From Candidatus Latescibacterota bacterium (GTDB lineage: Bacteria; Latescibacterota; UBA2968; UBA8231), in assembly GCA_965215195.1 (NCBI GenBank), contig CBDCDC010000002.1:2240001-2304000 (forward strand): 64,000 bases of DNA, read 5' to 3'. The translations under genes were made by a program, and so were the position numbers. Positions within the stretch are counted from its first letter, which is position 1; each line of letters begins with the position of its first letter. The notes under the pieces are model-generated. The model saw only the letters and a list, made by a program, of their open reading frames with translations. It was not told the origin of the DNA and did not search any database. Shown piece by piece: positions 1 to 9,572 of this stretch.

Positions 1-1
1 C

Positions 2-838
2 CGCGCAAATGGCTATCTCGTGGTTGAGGACGTGTTGCGCCCAGACGAGTTGGAGGAGGCGTACGCCATTGTCGATGACTTCATCGAGCAGGCGCGGCAC
101 GTCTCCGAGCAGAGCGGGCACTTCGACCTAGAGCCGGACCACACCCCGGAAAACCCCAAAGTGCGCCGCTTGAGTGCGCCGGCGAGTTATCACCCCTTCT
201 TCGACAGCTTGATGCGCGACAGCCGCATCCTAGACCTCTTGACCCCCCTGATCGGCCCGGCCATCCGCGCCCAAGGCGACAAGCTCAACATGAAGCCGGC
301 CGACGGCGGCAGCCCGGTCGAGTGGCACCAAGACTTTGCCCATTATCCGCACACCAACGACGATTTGTGCGCCGTGGGCATTGCCCTAGACGACGCCACG
401 CGAGAAAACGGCTGCATGATGGTAGTGCCCGGCTCCCACAAAGGCCCGATCCTCGACCACCACCAAGACGGCTACTTCATCGGGGCCATCAGTCCCGGCC
501 GCGACTACATCGACCTCACGTCGGCCGTACCCCTAGAAATGAAGGCCGGTTCGCTCTCCATCCACCACGCCCGCACCTTGCACGGCTCGGCACTCAACCG
601 CTCGGGTAGGTCCCGGCGACTCTTGCTGTATCAGTACGCGGCCGTGGATGCTTGGCCTCTCAGCGGAGTGAGCAATTGGGATGCTTTTAACGCCAACATT
701 CTGCGCGGCGCACCCACCTTTGATTTTCGCCTCGCGTCGCTGACGGCTCGCACGCGCCTGCCAGCCGGGGCGCGCAGCGGCGGCGGCATCTACGAGCTGC
801 AAAAGCCGCTGCAAGAAAAAGTATTCGCCACCGGCTAG
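2..838 (+). CDS. Phytanoyl-CoA dioxygenase (PhyH) family Fe(II)/2-oxoglutarate dioxygenase, 5' truncated by window edge
   Basis: Frame open from position 2 (RANGYLVVEDVL); WHQDF (HxD) motif, GCMMVVPGSHKG, distal HGS..N....R motif. Confidence 0.9.
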   Translation, partial: RANGYLVVEDVLRPDELEEAYAIVDDFIEQARHVSEQSGHFDLEPDHTPENPKVRRLSAPASYHPFFDSLMRDSRILDLLTPLIGPAIRAQGDKLNMKPADGGSPVEWHQDFAHYPHTNDDLCAVGIALDDATRENGCMMVVPGSHKGPILDHHQDGYFIGAISPGRDYIDLTSAVPLEMKAGSLSIHHARTLHGSALNRSGRSRRLLLYQYAAVDAWPLSGVSNWDAFNANILRGAPTFDFRLASLTARTRLPAGARSGGGIYELQKPLQEKVFATG

Positions 839-846
839 GAGCTGCA

Positions 847-2133
847 TTGCCCGTACTCCGCATCGGGATCATTGCCGCGCTAGCCGTTGGGGCACTCTGG
901 GGCGTCCTCTCCATTCACTGGTACCCGGCCGAAGAAGTGCTGACCATGTGGGTATATGGCTCGCCGCAAGAGGCCGAGCTGTACCGCCATGTCGCCGCCG
1001 AGTATCGCCAACAGCACCCGGAAGTTCGCCTGCGTTTAGAGGTCGTGCCCGGCCGCAGCGTCGTGCAAAAGCTGCTGACGGGCATGGACGCCGGGCACGC
1101 CCCAGACATCTGCGTATTGCACTGGCGGCAGATGCCCCAAGTAGCTAGCACTGGGCAGCTTTTGCCGCTCGACGACTTGGTGCGGCGCGACCAGCTCGAC
1201 ACCAGCGACTACTATCCAGTGGGCCTGCAAGGGTACACCTACCACGGCACCCTCTACGGCCTCCCCGTCAAAGGCAGCACCATCACCTGCTTTTACAACA
1301 AGAACCTCTTCGACCGCTACGGCATCAGCTATCCCACCGACGACTGGACGCTCGACGACTTCCTAGCCAAGGCCAAGGCCCTGACCATCGACGCAGACCA
1401 AGACGGCCTGCCGGACATCTACGGCTGCACCCCGTACGACATTGCCAGCTACGTGTGGAGCATGGGCGGCGACTTCCTCCGGCTGGAAAACGGGCGCTAC
1501 GTCTCCAACCTCGACGATCCGCGAGTGGCCCAAGCGGTGCAGTTCTACGTTGATCTCTACTTTAAGCACAAGGTCAGCCCCCCCCGGCCCGGGGTGCGCA
1601 GCGACAATGCCATGAGCACCTTCACCTTTGAGGCCGGGCGCATCGCCATCGGCATCATGGGCCCGTGGATGCTGCCGACTTTTCAGCTCTTGGACCGCTT
1701 CGAGTGGGACGCGGCGCTCTTTCCCGAGGGGCCGGCCGGTCGGCAGACGCGCTACGCCAGCGTCGGTTTTACCATCTGGCAGGGTACGCGCGAGCCAGAA
1801 GTGGCCTGGGACGTACTCAAGCACATGGTCTCGGCCGAGGCCACGACCAAGATGGCCAAGTTGGGCAGCGACCTGCCGCCGCAGCGCTCGGTGGCCCGCA
1901 AGACCTATCCCCGGGCGTCAACTCCCTACGAGGAAGAGGTCTTCGTGCGCTCAATGGACTACGAGGTCCGGCTCTTCCCGCAAGAATTGTGGTGGGAGGA
2001 TCTCTACCGCCGGATGCTCGACGAGCTCGACGCCGCCCTCACCGGCCGCGAGAGCGTGGCCGAAGCCCTCGCCGAAGCCCACCAAGTGACCAATGCCTAT
2101 CTCCAGCGCATGTACGCCGAAGAAACTCCCTGA
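847..2133 (+). CDS. Carbohydrate ABC transporter substrate-binding protein
   Basis: N-terminal hydrophobic anchor, GHAPDI, LYGLPV, FYNKNLFD, WTLDDF motifs typical of sugar-binding proteins; followed by two permeases. Confidence 0.9.
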   Translation: MPVLRIGIIAALAVGALWGVLSIHWYPAEEVLTMWVYGSPQEAELYRHVAAEYRQQHPEVRLRLEVVPGRSVVQKLLTGMDAGHAPDICVLHWRQMPQVASTGQLLPLDDLVRRDQLDTSDYYPVGLQGYTYHGTLYGLPVKGSTITCFYNKNLFDRYGISYPTDDWTLDDFLAKAKALTIDADQDGLPDIYGCTPYDIASYVWSMGGDFLRLENGRYVSNLDDPRVAQAVQFYVDLYFKHKVSPPRPGVRSDNAMSTFTFEAGRIAIGIMGPWMLPTFQLLDRFEWDAALFPEGPAGRQTRYASVGFTIWQGTREPEVAWDVLKHMVSAEATTKMAKLGSDLPPQRSVARKTYPRASTPYEEEVFVRSMDYEVRLFPQELWWEDLYRRMLDELDAALTGRESVAEALAEAHQVTNAYLQRMYAEETP

Positions 2134-3077
2134 TGAAGAAGCAAAACAAAGCCGCGTTCTTCTTTCTGCTGCCCAATTTCGTCGGCTTTCTCATCTTCGC
2201 GCTCGGGCCGGTCGTAGTGGCTGCGGGCATGGGCTTTTACCGCTATCAGCTCGCCTCGGGCGCACCCGTCTTCATCGGCCTGGACAACTTTGCGGATCTC
2301 GTGCTCTTCAAAAAGATCGACGGCGAGTGGGTGGCGCACGACCCGTACTTCTGGAAGTACCTCGGCAACACGCTCTTTTTGATGCTCAACATCCCGCTCG
2401 CCATGGTCGGCTCCCTGCTGTTGGCCGTGCTGTTAAACAAAGAACTGCCCGGCCGCATCTTCTTCCGCACCCTGTTCTTTATTCCACACCTGTGTACGGG
2501 CATCGCCATCTACATGGTCTGGAAGATGCTCCTGACCTACGAACCCAACGTCGGCATCGTCAACGGGCTGTTGTGGCAAGTCTTTGGCGTTTTGGGCATC
2601 GCGCCCGAGCGGGCGGCCGCGCTCCTGCCGGGATGGCTAATTGACGCGGCTTGGGCCAAGCCCGCGTTGATCATCATGTTCATCTGGGCCAGCGTCGGCG
2701 GCTACAACATGGTTCTCTACTTGGCCGGCTTGCAAAACATTCCGCTCGAGCTCTACGAGGCCGCTGAAATGGACGGGGCCGGCTGGTGGTCGCAGCTCGT
2801 CCACATCACCGTGCCCCAGCTAGCACCCACGACCTTTTTCATCCTCGTCACCAGCGTAATCGGCGGCCTGCAAGGCGGCTTTGAGGCCGCTTATGTAATG
2901 ACCGGGGGCGGCCCCGAGGGCTCGACGACCACCATGAGTTACTACATCTACACCCAAGCTTACGAGCAGCTAGAAGTAGGGTACGCAGCCGCGATTTCCA
3001 TGGTGCTCTTCGCGCTGATTTTCGCGGCGACCTTGCTCAACTGGCGCTACGGCGGCAAGCGGCTGGAGGCCGTCTAA
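2133..3077 (+). CDS. Carbohydrate ABC transporter permease
   Basis: Start MKKQNKAAFFFLLP overlaps upstream stop (TGATG); EAA loop LYEAAEMDGA; multiple TM segments. Confidence 0.9.
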   Translation: MKKQNKAAFFFLLPNFVGFLIFALGPVVVAAGMGFYRYQLASGAPVFIGLDNFADLVLFKKIDGEWVAHDPYFWKYLGNTLFLMLNIPLAMVGSLLLAVLLNKELPGRIFFRTLFFIPHLCTGIAIYMVWKMLLTYEPNVGIVNGLLWQVFGVLGIAPERAAALLPGWLIDAAWAKPALIIMFIWASVGGYNMVLYLAGLQNIPLELYEAAEMDGAGWWSQLVHITVPQLAPTTFFILVTSVIGGLQGGFEAAYVMTGGGPEGSTTTMSYYIYTQAYEQLEVGYAAAISMVLFALIFAATLLNWRYGGKRLEAV

Positions 3078-3979
3078 TGGCGCGCTGGCGTCAGTACCAA
3101 TCAACCGCCTTGATCTATGCGATCTTGCTACTCGTGCTCAGCGGCATGGTGGTGCCGCTGGTGTGGACCCTGCTCACCTCCTTCAAGTACAACGTCGATG
3201 TGACGCTCGGGTGGATTCCGCCGCGCTGGACCACGGACAATTACGCCGGCGTGTTCCGCGCCTTTTCCTTCCTCCGCTACTACGCCAACTCCCTGCTCAT
3301 CGCCACCGCGGTCACCGCGGTCCAAGTTGCCACTAGTGCGCTGGCGGCGTACGCCTTTGCCCGCTTGCAGTTCCGGGGCCGCGACGTGCTCTTTTTAGGC
3401 TACTTATCGACGATGATGATTCCGGCCGATGTGCTGATGATCCCGCAATTCGTGCTGATGAAGAAAATTCCCGAATGGCTAAACGCGGTGTTAGCAACGG
3501 ATTTTTTCAGCGGTTTCCTCTACTTAGGGGGGCACTATATCGGCCATCCAGTGGGGCTAGACAGCTTTTTCGCGCTCATCGCACCGGGATGTTTCAGTGC
3601 CTATGGGACATTCATGCTGCGGCAGTTTTTGCTGGGCATTTCGCACGAGATCGAGGAGGCTGCCCTCATCGACGGATGCTCGGCGTGGGGCGTATTTTGG
3701 CACGTGGTGGTGCCGCTGGCCAAGCCGGCGCTGGGGGCCTTGGCGATTTTTACCTTCCTCGGGCGTTGGCGGGCCTTTCTTTGGCCGCTGATTATGACGG
3801 ATTCGGATTCCATGATGGTGCTGCCGGTGGGGTTGGCCAAGCTATCGGACCTGTACGTCAACGACTACGGGCTGATTTGCGCGGGGTCGGTGTTGATGCT
3901 CGTGCCGATGATCGCGGTTTTCGTCTTTTTTCAGCGCTGGTTTATCAGCGGGATTCAGCTAGGGGCGGTGAAGGGGTGA
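3077..3979 (+). CDS. Carbohydrate ABC transporter permease
   Basis: EEAALIDG EAA motif, C-terminal FISGIQLGAVKG; TAATG coupling to upstream gene. Confidence 0.92.
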   Translation: MARWRQYQSTALIYAILLLVLSGMVVPLVWTLLTSFKYNVDVTLGWIPPRWTTDNYAGVFRAFSFLRYYANSLLIATAVTAVQVATSALAAYAFARLQFRGRDVLFLGYLSTMMIPADVLMIPQFVLMKKIPEWLNAVLATDFFSGFLYLGGHYIGHPVGLDSFFALIAPGCFSAYGTFMLRQFLLGISHEIEEAALIDGCSAWGVFWHVVVPLAKPALGALAIFTFLGRWRAFLWPLIMTDSDSMMVLPVGLAKLSDLYVNDYGLICAGSVLMLVPMIAVFVFFQRWFISGIQLGAVKG

Positions 3980-4013
3980 CTACGCGGTAAAACGCCCTGA
4001 TTTGTAGCTTTCC

Positions 4014-4128
4014 GACCTCCTAGCCGGGTGAAGAAGGATAACCTGCACGGGGAAATCGACACCGGGGCCGCGGAGGGCAAAGAAATGTAGTGCGGTCGGC
4101 CGAGTACGTCTCAAAACGCGGCGAGGCA
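4014..4128 (+). pseudogene. Remnant of a mazEF-type toxin-antitoxin pair (antitoxin C-terminus plus toxin N-terminus)
   Basis: Translates as DLLAG/VKKDNLHGEIDTGAAEGKEM* (one frameshift; resembles MazE C-terminus) immediately followed by VRSAEYVSKRGE (resembles MazF N-terminus). Confidence 0.55.
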
Positions 4129-4266
4129 AAATGGTTGATCTTCAATCCTCAAGCCGGTCACGAGCTCAGGAAGATATGAACGAAACTTCTCAGACTCGTT
4201 GCGATACTTCGAGTACAGCATTTTGATCAGTTCGTCTTTTGAATTAGGCACTTTTTTCGCAGACAT
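4111..4266 (-). CDS. Short divergent ORF (51 aa), probably truncated N-terminus of a lost gene
   Basis: MSAKKVPNSKDELIKMLYSKYRNESEKFRSYLPELVTGLRIEDQPFCLAAF*, divergent from the island across an AT-rich spacer; runs into the mazEF remnant. Confidence 0.3.
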   Translation of the reverse strand: MSAKKVPNSKDELIKMLYSKYRNESEKFRSYLPELVTGLRIEDQPFCLAAF

Positions 4267-4454
4267 GGCACACTCTGTGTTCTCAATCTTTCGTTGTCAG
4301 GCAACCAGTACTGGAATGTTAAATAAAGTTATAAAATTATAGCGTTCCGTTCAGAAAATAGCGTATATTGGAGGGCAGTTGAGTCAGGTTCATCATTCTA
4401 CCTGTGGTTTTCAAATAGTTAGTACAGTTTACTTATCCTATACATCGCAACTGA

Positions 4455-5342
4455 ATGAAGGAGGTTTCCGAAATAGTCGTGAAGACGAGTACCGTAACGT
4501 ATCGCGCCCTAAGCCTAGGAGCGGGAGCGCAGAGTTCAGTCCTAGCGCTTCTCTTATCGCGGTCCGACCCTCACTTGGTCAAACTTGGTTATCCCAAGCC
4601 GGACGTCGCTGTCTTCGCCGACACCGGGTGGGAGCCGGATTATGTGTACCGTCACTTGGACTGGCTTGAGGAGCAACTTGAGTATCCGCTGCTCCGAGTG
4701 TCAGACGGCGATCTGAAGACCAACTTAAAAAAAGGACGCACGGTGTCGAACCATCGCTTTGTCGATGTCCCTTTGTTCATGGTCAATGAGGATGGCAAGA
4801 AGGGCATGCTGCGACGGCAATGCACCAACCACTACAAAATCAGACCCATCTATCGACGGATCAGGGCACTCGCTGGTGGACAGCGTGGCCGGCCATTCCC
4901 GAAGGGTACACATGCCGAAATGTGGCTCGGGATTTCACTGGACGAGGTGGGCCGCATGAAACCGAGCAGGGAACCTTGGGTTGAGCATCGCTGGCCTCTA
5001 GTGGACCTCGGCATGTCGCGCCGCGATTGCGTCGAGTGGTTTTCTGCTGAGTATCCAGGCCGCCACTTGCCTCGATCGGCTTGTGTCATATGTCCGTATC
5101 GGTCAGATGAACACTGGCTGGAACTGAAACGGTCTGAACCGACTAGCTTTGACGAGGCCGTAGAGTTCGACCGCTGGCTCCGCAGAAGCACTGAGACGCC
5201 AGTACGCAAGCTACTGAACGGTCGTCCATATCTGCACTCCGCCCGCCGCCCCCTCGCCAGTGTCATAAAAGAACGGGAGACGGAAAGCGCGAACAGTATC
5301 AACAACTTCAATAATGAGTGCGAAGGCCTCTGCGGTGTCTGA
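4455..5342 (+). CDS. PAPS-reductase-like adenine nucleotide alpha-hydrolase (PP-loop) protein with Cys motifs
   Basis: SLGAGAQSS (variant PP-loop), FADTGWEP, RRQCT..YKI, SACVICPY and C-terminal ECEGLCGV. Confidence 0.8.
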   Translation: MKEVSEIVVKTSTVTYRALSLGAGAQSSVLALLLSRSDPHLVKLGYPKPDVAVFADTGWEPDYVYRHLDWLEEQLEYPLLRVSDGDLKTNLKKGRTVSNHRFVDVPLFMVNEDGKKGMLRRQCTNHYKIRPIYRRIRALAGGQRGRPFPKGTHAEMWLGISLDEVGRMKPSREPWVEHRWPLVDLGMSRRDCVEWFSAEYPGRHLPRSACVICPYRSDEHWLELKRSEPTSFDEAVEFDRWLRRSTETPVRKLLNGRPYLHSARRPLASVIKERETESANSINNFNNECEGLCGV

Positions 5343-6582
5343 AACAGAGGCGGAGAAGGTCAGTCCCAAGTACCCGCTATATCCCTACCAGCGGCAGGTG
5401 CTGGCCGACATCGTCCGTGCCCTATCATTGCCTGAGCGTCGAGCCGTCGCTCATCTTCCTACCGGTGCCGGAAAGACCAGAATCGCAGCCCACACGGCCT
5501 GTCACCTGCTCAACGAGAAAGATACCGATGACTCCCTTGTCATTTGGTTGGCGGCTACAGAGGAACTTTGCGAACAGGCGGCAGACCAACTCTCAGACGC
5601 TTGGACTTATCTGGGACGGCGAGATGCCTGCATTCACCGACACTGGGGTAATCGGTCGCTAGAACTAAGGCGTCTCCCATCCGGGTTCCTAGTGACAGGT
5701 CTTGCCAAACTGCGCTCCGCTGCGTTCCAAGACAACACCCTCCTTGCACACCTTGCACACTGTGCCGCGGCTGTCATCTTCGACGAGGCTCATCAGGCAG
5801 TTGCGGAAACCTACTCCTTCATAACTGAGCAGCTATGTAGTGTAAGGCCGCCACTTCTCGGCCTTACGGCCACGCCAGGGCGCACTACCAATCTCACGGA
5901 CGCAGATTATCGACTTGCCAACATGTTCAATCACAAAAAGGTTTCAATAGACCCAAAGGGACACGATAGCCCCGTTACTTATCTGATCCAGAACCGCTAC
6001 CTCGCCGATCCACGTTTTGTACCAATCAGCTTCGACTCCGATGCTCCAATCTCCGACCCTCAACCCGGTATGGATTACAGCACGGATGACCTCGACAGTC
6101 TAGGCCGCGACCGCGACCGCACACTCAAGATCGTCGAACTCGCCGAGGCTGCGGCTACACGTCATCCTCGTACAATCGTATTCTGTCCCTCCGTGGAAGG
6201 TGCTATGGATTGCAACTGTCTCCTTCGAGCCAAAGGAGTTCTAGCTTACGTGGTTACTGCCAATACCCCCGGTGAAGACCGTCGGGCGATCATCGACGTT
6301 TTCAGAGGCGACAGTAGGAAGCATATCGTGTTGCTCAACTATGGCGTACTCACCGCCGGCTTCGATGCACCCCGTACCCGATGCGTCATAATCGCTCGCC
6401 CCACCACATCGCTGGTGCTCTACTCACAAATGGCGGGACGAGCACTGCGCGGCCCTAGGGCTGGTGGAAATTCAAAAGCTGAGATACTCACCGTTGCCGA
6501 TACGAACCTTCCGGGGTTTGGATCTGTAACTGATGCATTCACAAACTGGGAGGAACTATGGTCGACCAACTCGCCGAACTAA
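5314..6582 (+). CDS. SF2 DEAD/DEAH-box helicase (restriction-subunit-like)
   Basis: LYPYQ Q motif, LPTGAGKT, DEAH, TATPGR, LTAGFDAP, QMAGRALRG. Confidence 0.92.
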   Translation: MSAKASAVSETEAEKVSPKYPLYPYQRQVLADIVRALSLPERRAVAHLPTGAGKTRIAAHTACHLLNEKDTDDSLVIWLAATEELCEQAADQLSDAWTYLGRRDACIHRHWGNRSLELRRLPSGFLVTGLAKLRSAAFQDNTLLAHLAHCAAAVIFDEAHQAVAETYSFITEQLCSVRPPLLGLTATPGRTTNLTDADYRLANMFNHKKVSIDPKGHDSPVTYLIQNRYLADPRFVPISFDSDAPISDPQPGMDYSTDDLDSLGRDRDRTLKIVELAEAAATRHPRTIVFCPSVEGAMDCNCLLRAKGVLAYVVTANTPGEDRRAIIDVFRGDSRKHIVLLNYGVLTAGFDAPRTRCVIIARPTTSLVLYSQMAGRALRGPRAGGNSKAEILTVADTNLPGFGSVTDAFTNWEELWSTNSPN

Positions 6583-8414
6583 AAGATGAAGATCGCAGCT
6601 TATTTCCGGGCAATTTCACCATACGGGCTCTTCGAGACAGTAGGTATCACAACACCGCGTATGCCGTTGCCGAACTCATCGACAACTCAATAGACGCAAA
6701 TGCCCTACGGGTTGACCTCCTCTGTATGGAAGAGTTTCAGAGAGTAGGGTCGCGGAATCAGCGACGAGTTTCCGAAGTGGCGGTCCTTGACAACGGCGAC
6801 GGGATGGACGTGAAGACTCTCTTTGATGCCCTCAAATTTGGCGGAGGAACCCGTCATGATTCGGATAGAGGAGTAGGGAAATACGGGATGGGCCTCCCAA
6901 CCTCGTCAATGTCACAATGCAAAAGGGTGGATGTATGGACTTGGCAGGACGGCTTGGATTCTTCGGTATGGCACTCCAGCATCGACGCTGACGACATTGA
7001 GCGAGGGAACCATGAGGTTCCCATTCCTGATCAAGAGACGCCTATACCTGAGGTATGGATGTCCGCTGGCAGCGACGAGATCTATGAGAACCGCTCAGGT
7101 ACTCTCGTCGTCTGGACCAAACTGGACAAGATTCAGTGGAGAACCGGCAGCACTATCCTCAAACATACAGCACGGGAAGTCGGCCGGATCCATCGGCACT
7201 GGATTGATGCGGAGATGACAAGAATACGAGTCGGCTTTTTTCTTAATAACCGCCCTACCATAATTGAGGGCGAGGACTATATCGTCGCAAACGATCCTCT
7301 CTACTTGATGAAGCCTTCGTCTACTCCTGAGCCTTGGAATAACGAACCGATGTTTAGAGAATGGACCAAGAAAGAGTATACACCTATCGTGGACGGTAAA
7401 GAGGTCTCTATTGAGGTGAAGTACTCAATCGTTAAGCCTGAAGCCTTGCAGACGAACATGGTCACGCAGAATCCCGGTGCTGAAAAGCATGGTACACACG
7501 CTAGGCACAACATCGGCGTATCGGTTGTTCGAGAGGATAGGGAGATTGTGCTCGAAGACGCCTTCCTCAGAGAAGGTGGCAGTGCTGAGAACCCACAAAA
7601 CCGCTGGTGGGGTTGTGAGGTGCATTTCCGTCGCAGTTGCGATGAGTTGTTTGGCGTAGATCACAACAAGCAGATGGCTGCGAACTTCACACATGCTGCG
7701 AAAACGCTCGCCCGGGACGACCGTCCCAATCAGGTAATACTAGATGAGATGGGAGTCGACGACGACATAATCTACACCATAGTGGGAGATATCCGGGACC
7801 AAACGCGTACTATGATGCAAGCAATCAGGCAGATGTTTGCACAGCGACGCGATCCACAGAATGGAGGTGGTAGAAGAAGCCCGGAAAATAAGGCTGTGAA
7901 GACTGCCACCGACGCAGATCGAGACGCTATAGATGCAGGTATTGAGACGCCAACCAAGACTGATAGAGATCGTGAGCAAATTCCATCCCAAGAGCGGGAA
8001 GCGCGCCTTACGCAACAATTTATTGAAGCTGGTCAGGCCGATCAAGACGCCCAACGACTCGCGGAGCTGTTGGTAGAGGAAGATCTCTCATACCAGTTCA
8101 ACTCGGCTCAGCTTGACGGATTCCAGATTTTTAACGTGCGCTCGAACCAAGGAGTCCTGCACATCAATCTCAATACCGATCATCCGATCTATGACCTCCT
8201 CAAACACATTGAAGATGACCTTCCAGATGATGTCGACGAGAGCAACCCTGCGTTCCAAGCCAGTGTTGCGATCAGATTATTGCTGTCGTCGTGGGCTCGG
8301 ATGGAGGACCAGACCGAATCGCGAGAAGAGCGAACTCGCATTCAGGACATTGCCATGAACTGGGGGCGTCAGGTAGATAAGGCCATCAATCAACTGCGTG
8401 ATAGAGACGGATAG
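6558..8414 (+). CDS. MORC-type GHKL (HATPase_c) ATPase
   Basis: AVAELIDNSIDA (N box), VLDNGDGM (G1), GVGKYGMGL (G2), GTLVVW; long C-terminal region, no kinase HisKA domain evident. Confidence 0.85.
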   Translation: MVDQLAELKDEDRSLFPGNFTIRALRDSRYHNTAYAVAELIDNSIDANALRVDLLCMEEFQRVGSRNQRRVSEVAVLDNGDGMDVKTLFDALKFGGGTRHDSDRGVGKYGMGLPTSSMSQCKRVDVWTWQDGLDSSVWHSSIDADDIERGNHEVPIPDQETPIPEVWMSAGSDEIYENRSGTLVVWTKLDKIQWRTGSTILKHTAREVGRIHRHWIDAEMTRIRVGFFLNNRPTIIEGEDYIVANDPLYLMKPSSTPEPWNNEPMFREWTKKEYTPIVDGKEVSIEVKYSIVKPEALQTNMVTQNPGAEKHGTHARHNIGVSVVREDREIVLEDAFLREGGSAENPQNRWWGCEVHFRRSCDELFGVDHNKQMAANFTHAAKTLARDDRPNQVILDEMGVDDDIIYTIVGDIRDQTRTMMQAIRQMFAQRRDPQNGGGRRSPENKAVKTATDADRDAIDAGIETPTKTDRDREQIPSQEREARLTQQFIEAGQADQDAQRLAELLVEEDLSYQFNSAQLDGFQIFNVRSNQGVLHINLNTDHPIYDLLKHIEDDLPDDVDESNPAFQASVAIRLLLSSWARMEDQTESREERTRIQDIAMNWGRQVDKAINQLRDRDG

Positions 8415-8416
8415 GA

Positions 8417-9256
8417 ATGTACGGGCGGCCAGGAGACATATTGAGCAGTATTTGTTCAGGTGCTCAGCAGCTCATCATCGCGGCACCGTACGTCAAGGCT
8501 GATGCTCTTACTAAAGTTCTGGCCGACGTTAGTCCGGCAGCATCCCTCATCTGTATCACGAGGTGGAATTTACACGACTTCGCAGCAGGTGTGTCCGACA
8601 CCGAATGCCGCACTATTATAACTGAGCGTGGAGGCTCATTCAGGCTCCACCCGTCACTTCACGCCAAGTACTATCGAATCGATGATGTGATCCTCGTTGG
8701 GTCTGCGAACCTCACATCTTCCGCAATGGGCTGGTCACCCCATCCTAATTTGGAGATTCTCTGTCGTCCAAGAGACGACTTCGACGCGGATACCTTTCAG
8801 CAGTTCCTATTTGAAGGAGCGAGAGAGATTGGCGATAAGGAATTCGCACATTGGGAATCCATAGCTAAAATTGGCGCTCAAGACACGAGAAACGCAACTG
8901 GCGGCCAACCCCGGCTTGACACTTGGCGACCAGCGACTCGTGACTTTAGGAACTTAGAACTCTCCTATCAAGGCAGAGAAGACGAGATAGCTTCATTCGA
9001 TGAGCAGCGAGCGGCGCAGCGCGACATCCAAGCACTCCTAATCCCGTCGGGCTTGACCGATGAGCAGGTCCGAACGTGGGCATCGGCTTGTCTTCTCGCG
9101 GCACCTTTCACTAACGCCGTGATACGGCTACATGAGATGGAGGCACCAAGTGCTTCCCGCTCGCTCGCTGAGACCTATAGCCTCAGTTCTACCGAGGCAA
9201 GAAGAGACATGGAAACAGTACAGAATTGGCTCGCATCCCTCGTCCCTGAGACTTGA
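8417..9256 (+). CDS. Phospholipase D family nuclease-like protein (single HKD motif)
   Basis: IAAPYVK, HAKYYRIDDVILVGSANLT (HxK....D..GSxN), NLE. Confidence 0.85.
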   Translation: MYGRPGDILSSICSGAQQLIIAAPYVKADALTKVLADVSPAASLICITRWNLHDFAAGVSDTECRTIITERGGSFRLHPSLHAKYYRIDDVILVGSANLTSSAMGWSPHPNLEILCRPRDDFDADTFQQFLFEGAREIGDKEFAHWESIAKIGAQDTRNATGGQPRLDTWRPATRDFRNLELSYQGREDEIASFDEQRAAQRDIQALLIPSGLTDEQVRTWASACLLAAPFTNAVIRLHEMEAPSASRSLAETYSLSSTEARRDMETVQNWLASLVPET

Positions 9257-9442
9257 AGTTTTGCCAAACGAAAGAGAGAAATTTGATCCTGCCTGCGTAG
9301 CCGGGGCCGGTCGGCTTATCCCACCAAGCGTACACCGCTTCGGTATCGACGGAGATATAAAAGGACCTAGAGCGACTCCTCCAGACCAGCCCGCCTATAC
9401 GTTCACAGTCGTCTCTTGCGTCCCAGTACTCGCGCATCGGCG

Positions 9443-9559
9443 GAAACTACACGACACCAGCCCTCAGCCTGCCAAGGATCGAGGGCGTCCCGCCCTCGAT
9501 CCCGGACCCATCGGAAACAGCAGAAAATGCGTACTCTAAAGTAAGTGTCGTGTACTAAG
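9443..9559. mobile_element. MITE-like element, degenerate copy 1
   Basis: Inverted ends TACACGACAC (9448-9457) / GTGTCGTGTACTAAG (9545-9559); internal hairpin GGATCGAGGGCG-TCC-CGCCCTCGATCC; interior homologous to copy 2 in opposite orientation. Confidence 0.7.
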
Positions 9560-9572
9560 CTATCGGGTTACG

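Noticed and set aside
1665-2132. N-terminal extension of the 470 aa ORF 1665-3077
   Set aside because: Overlaps the substrate-binding gene in another frame; the permease start is at 2133 (TGATG coupling).
4455-9256. Assignment as a canonical Dnd, Ssp, Pbe, BREX or DISARM system
   Set aside because: No DndB/D/E, SspB/C/E, PglX/PglZ or DNA methyltransferase is recognisable; only shared domain types.
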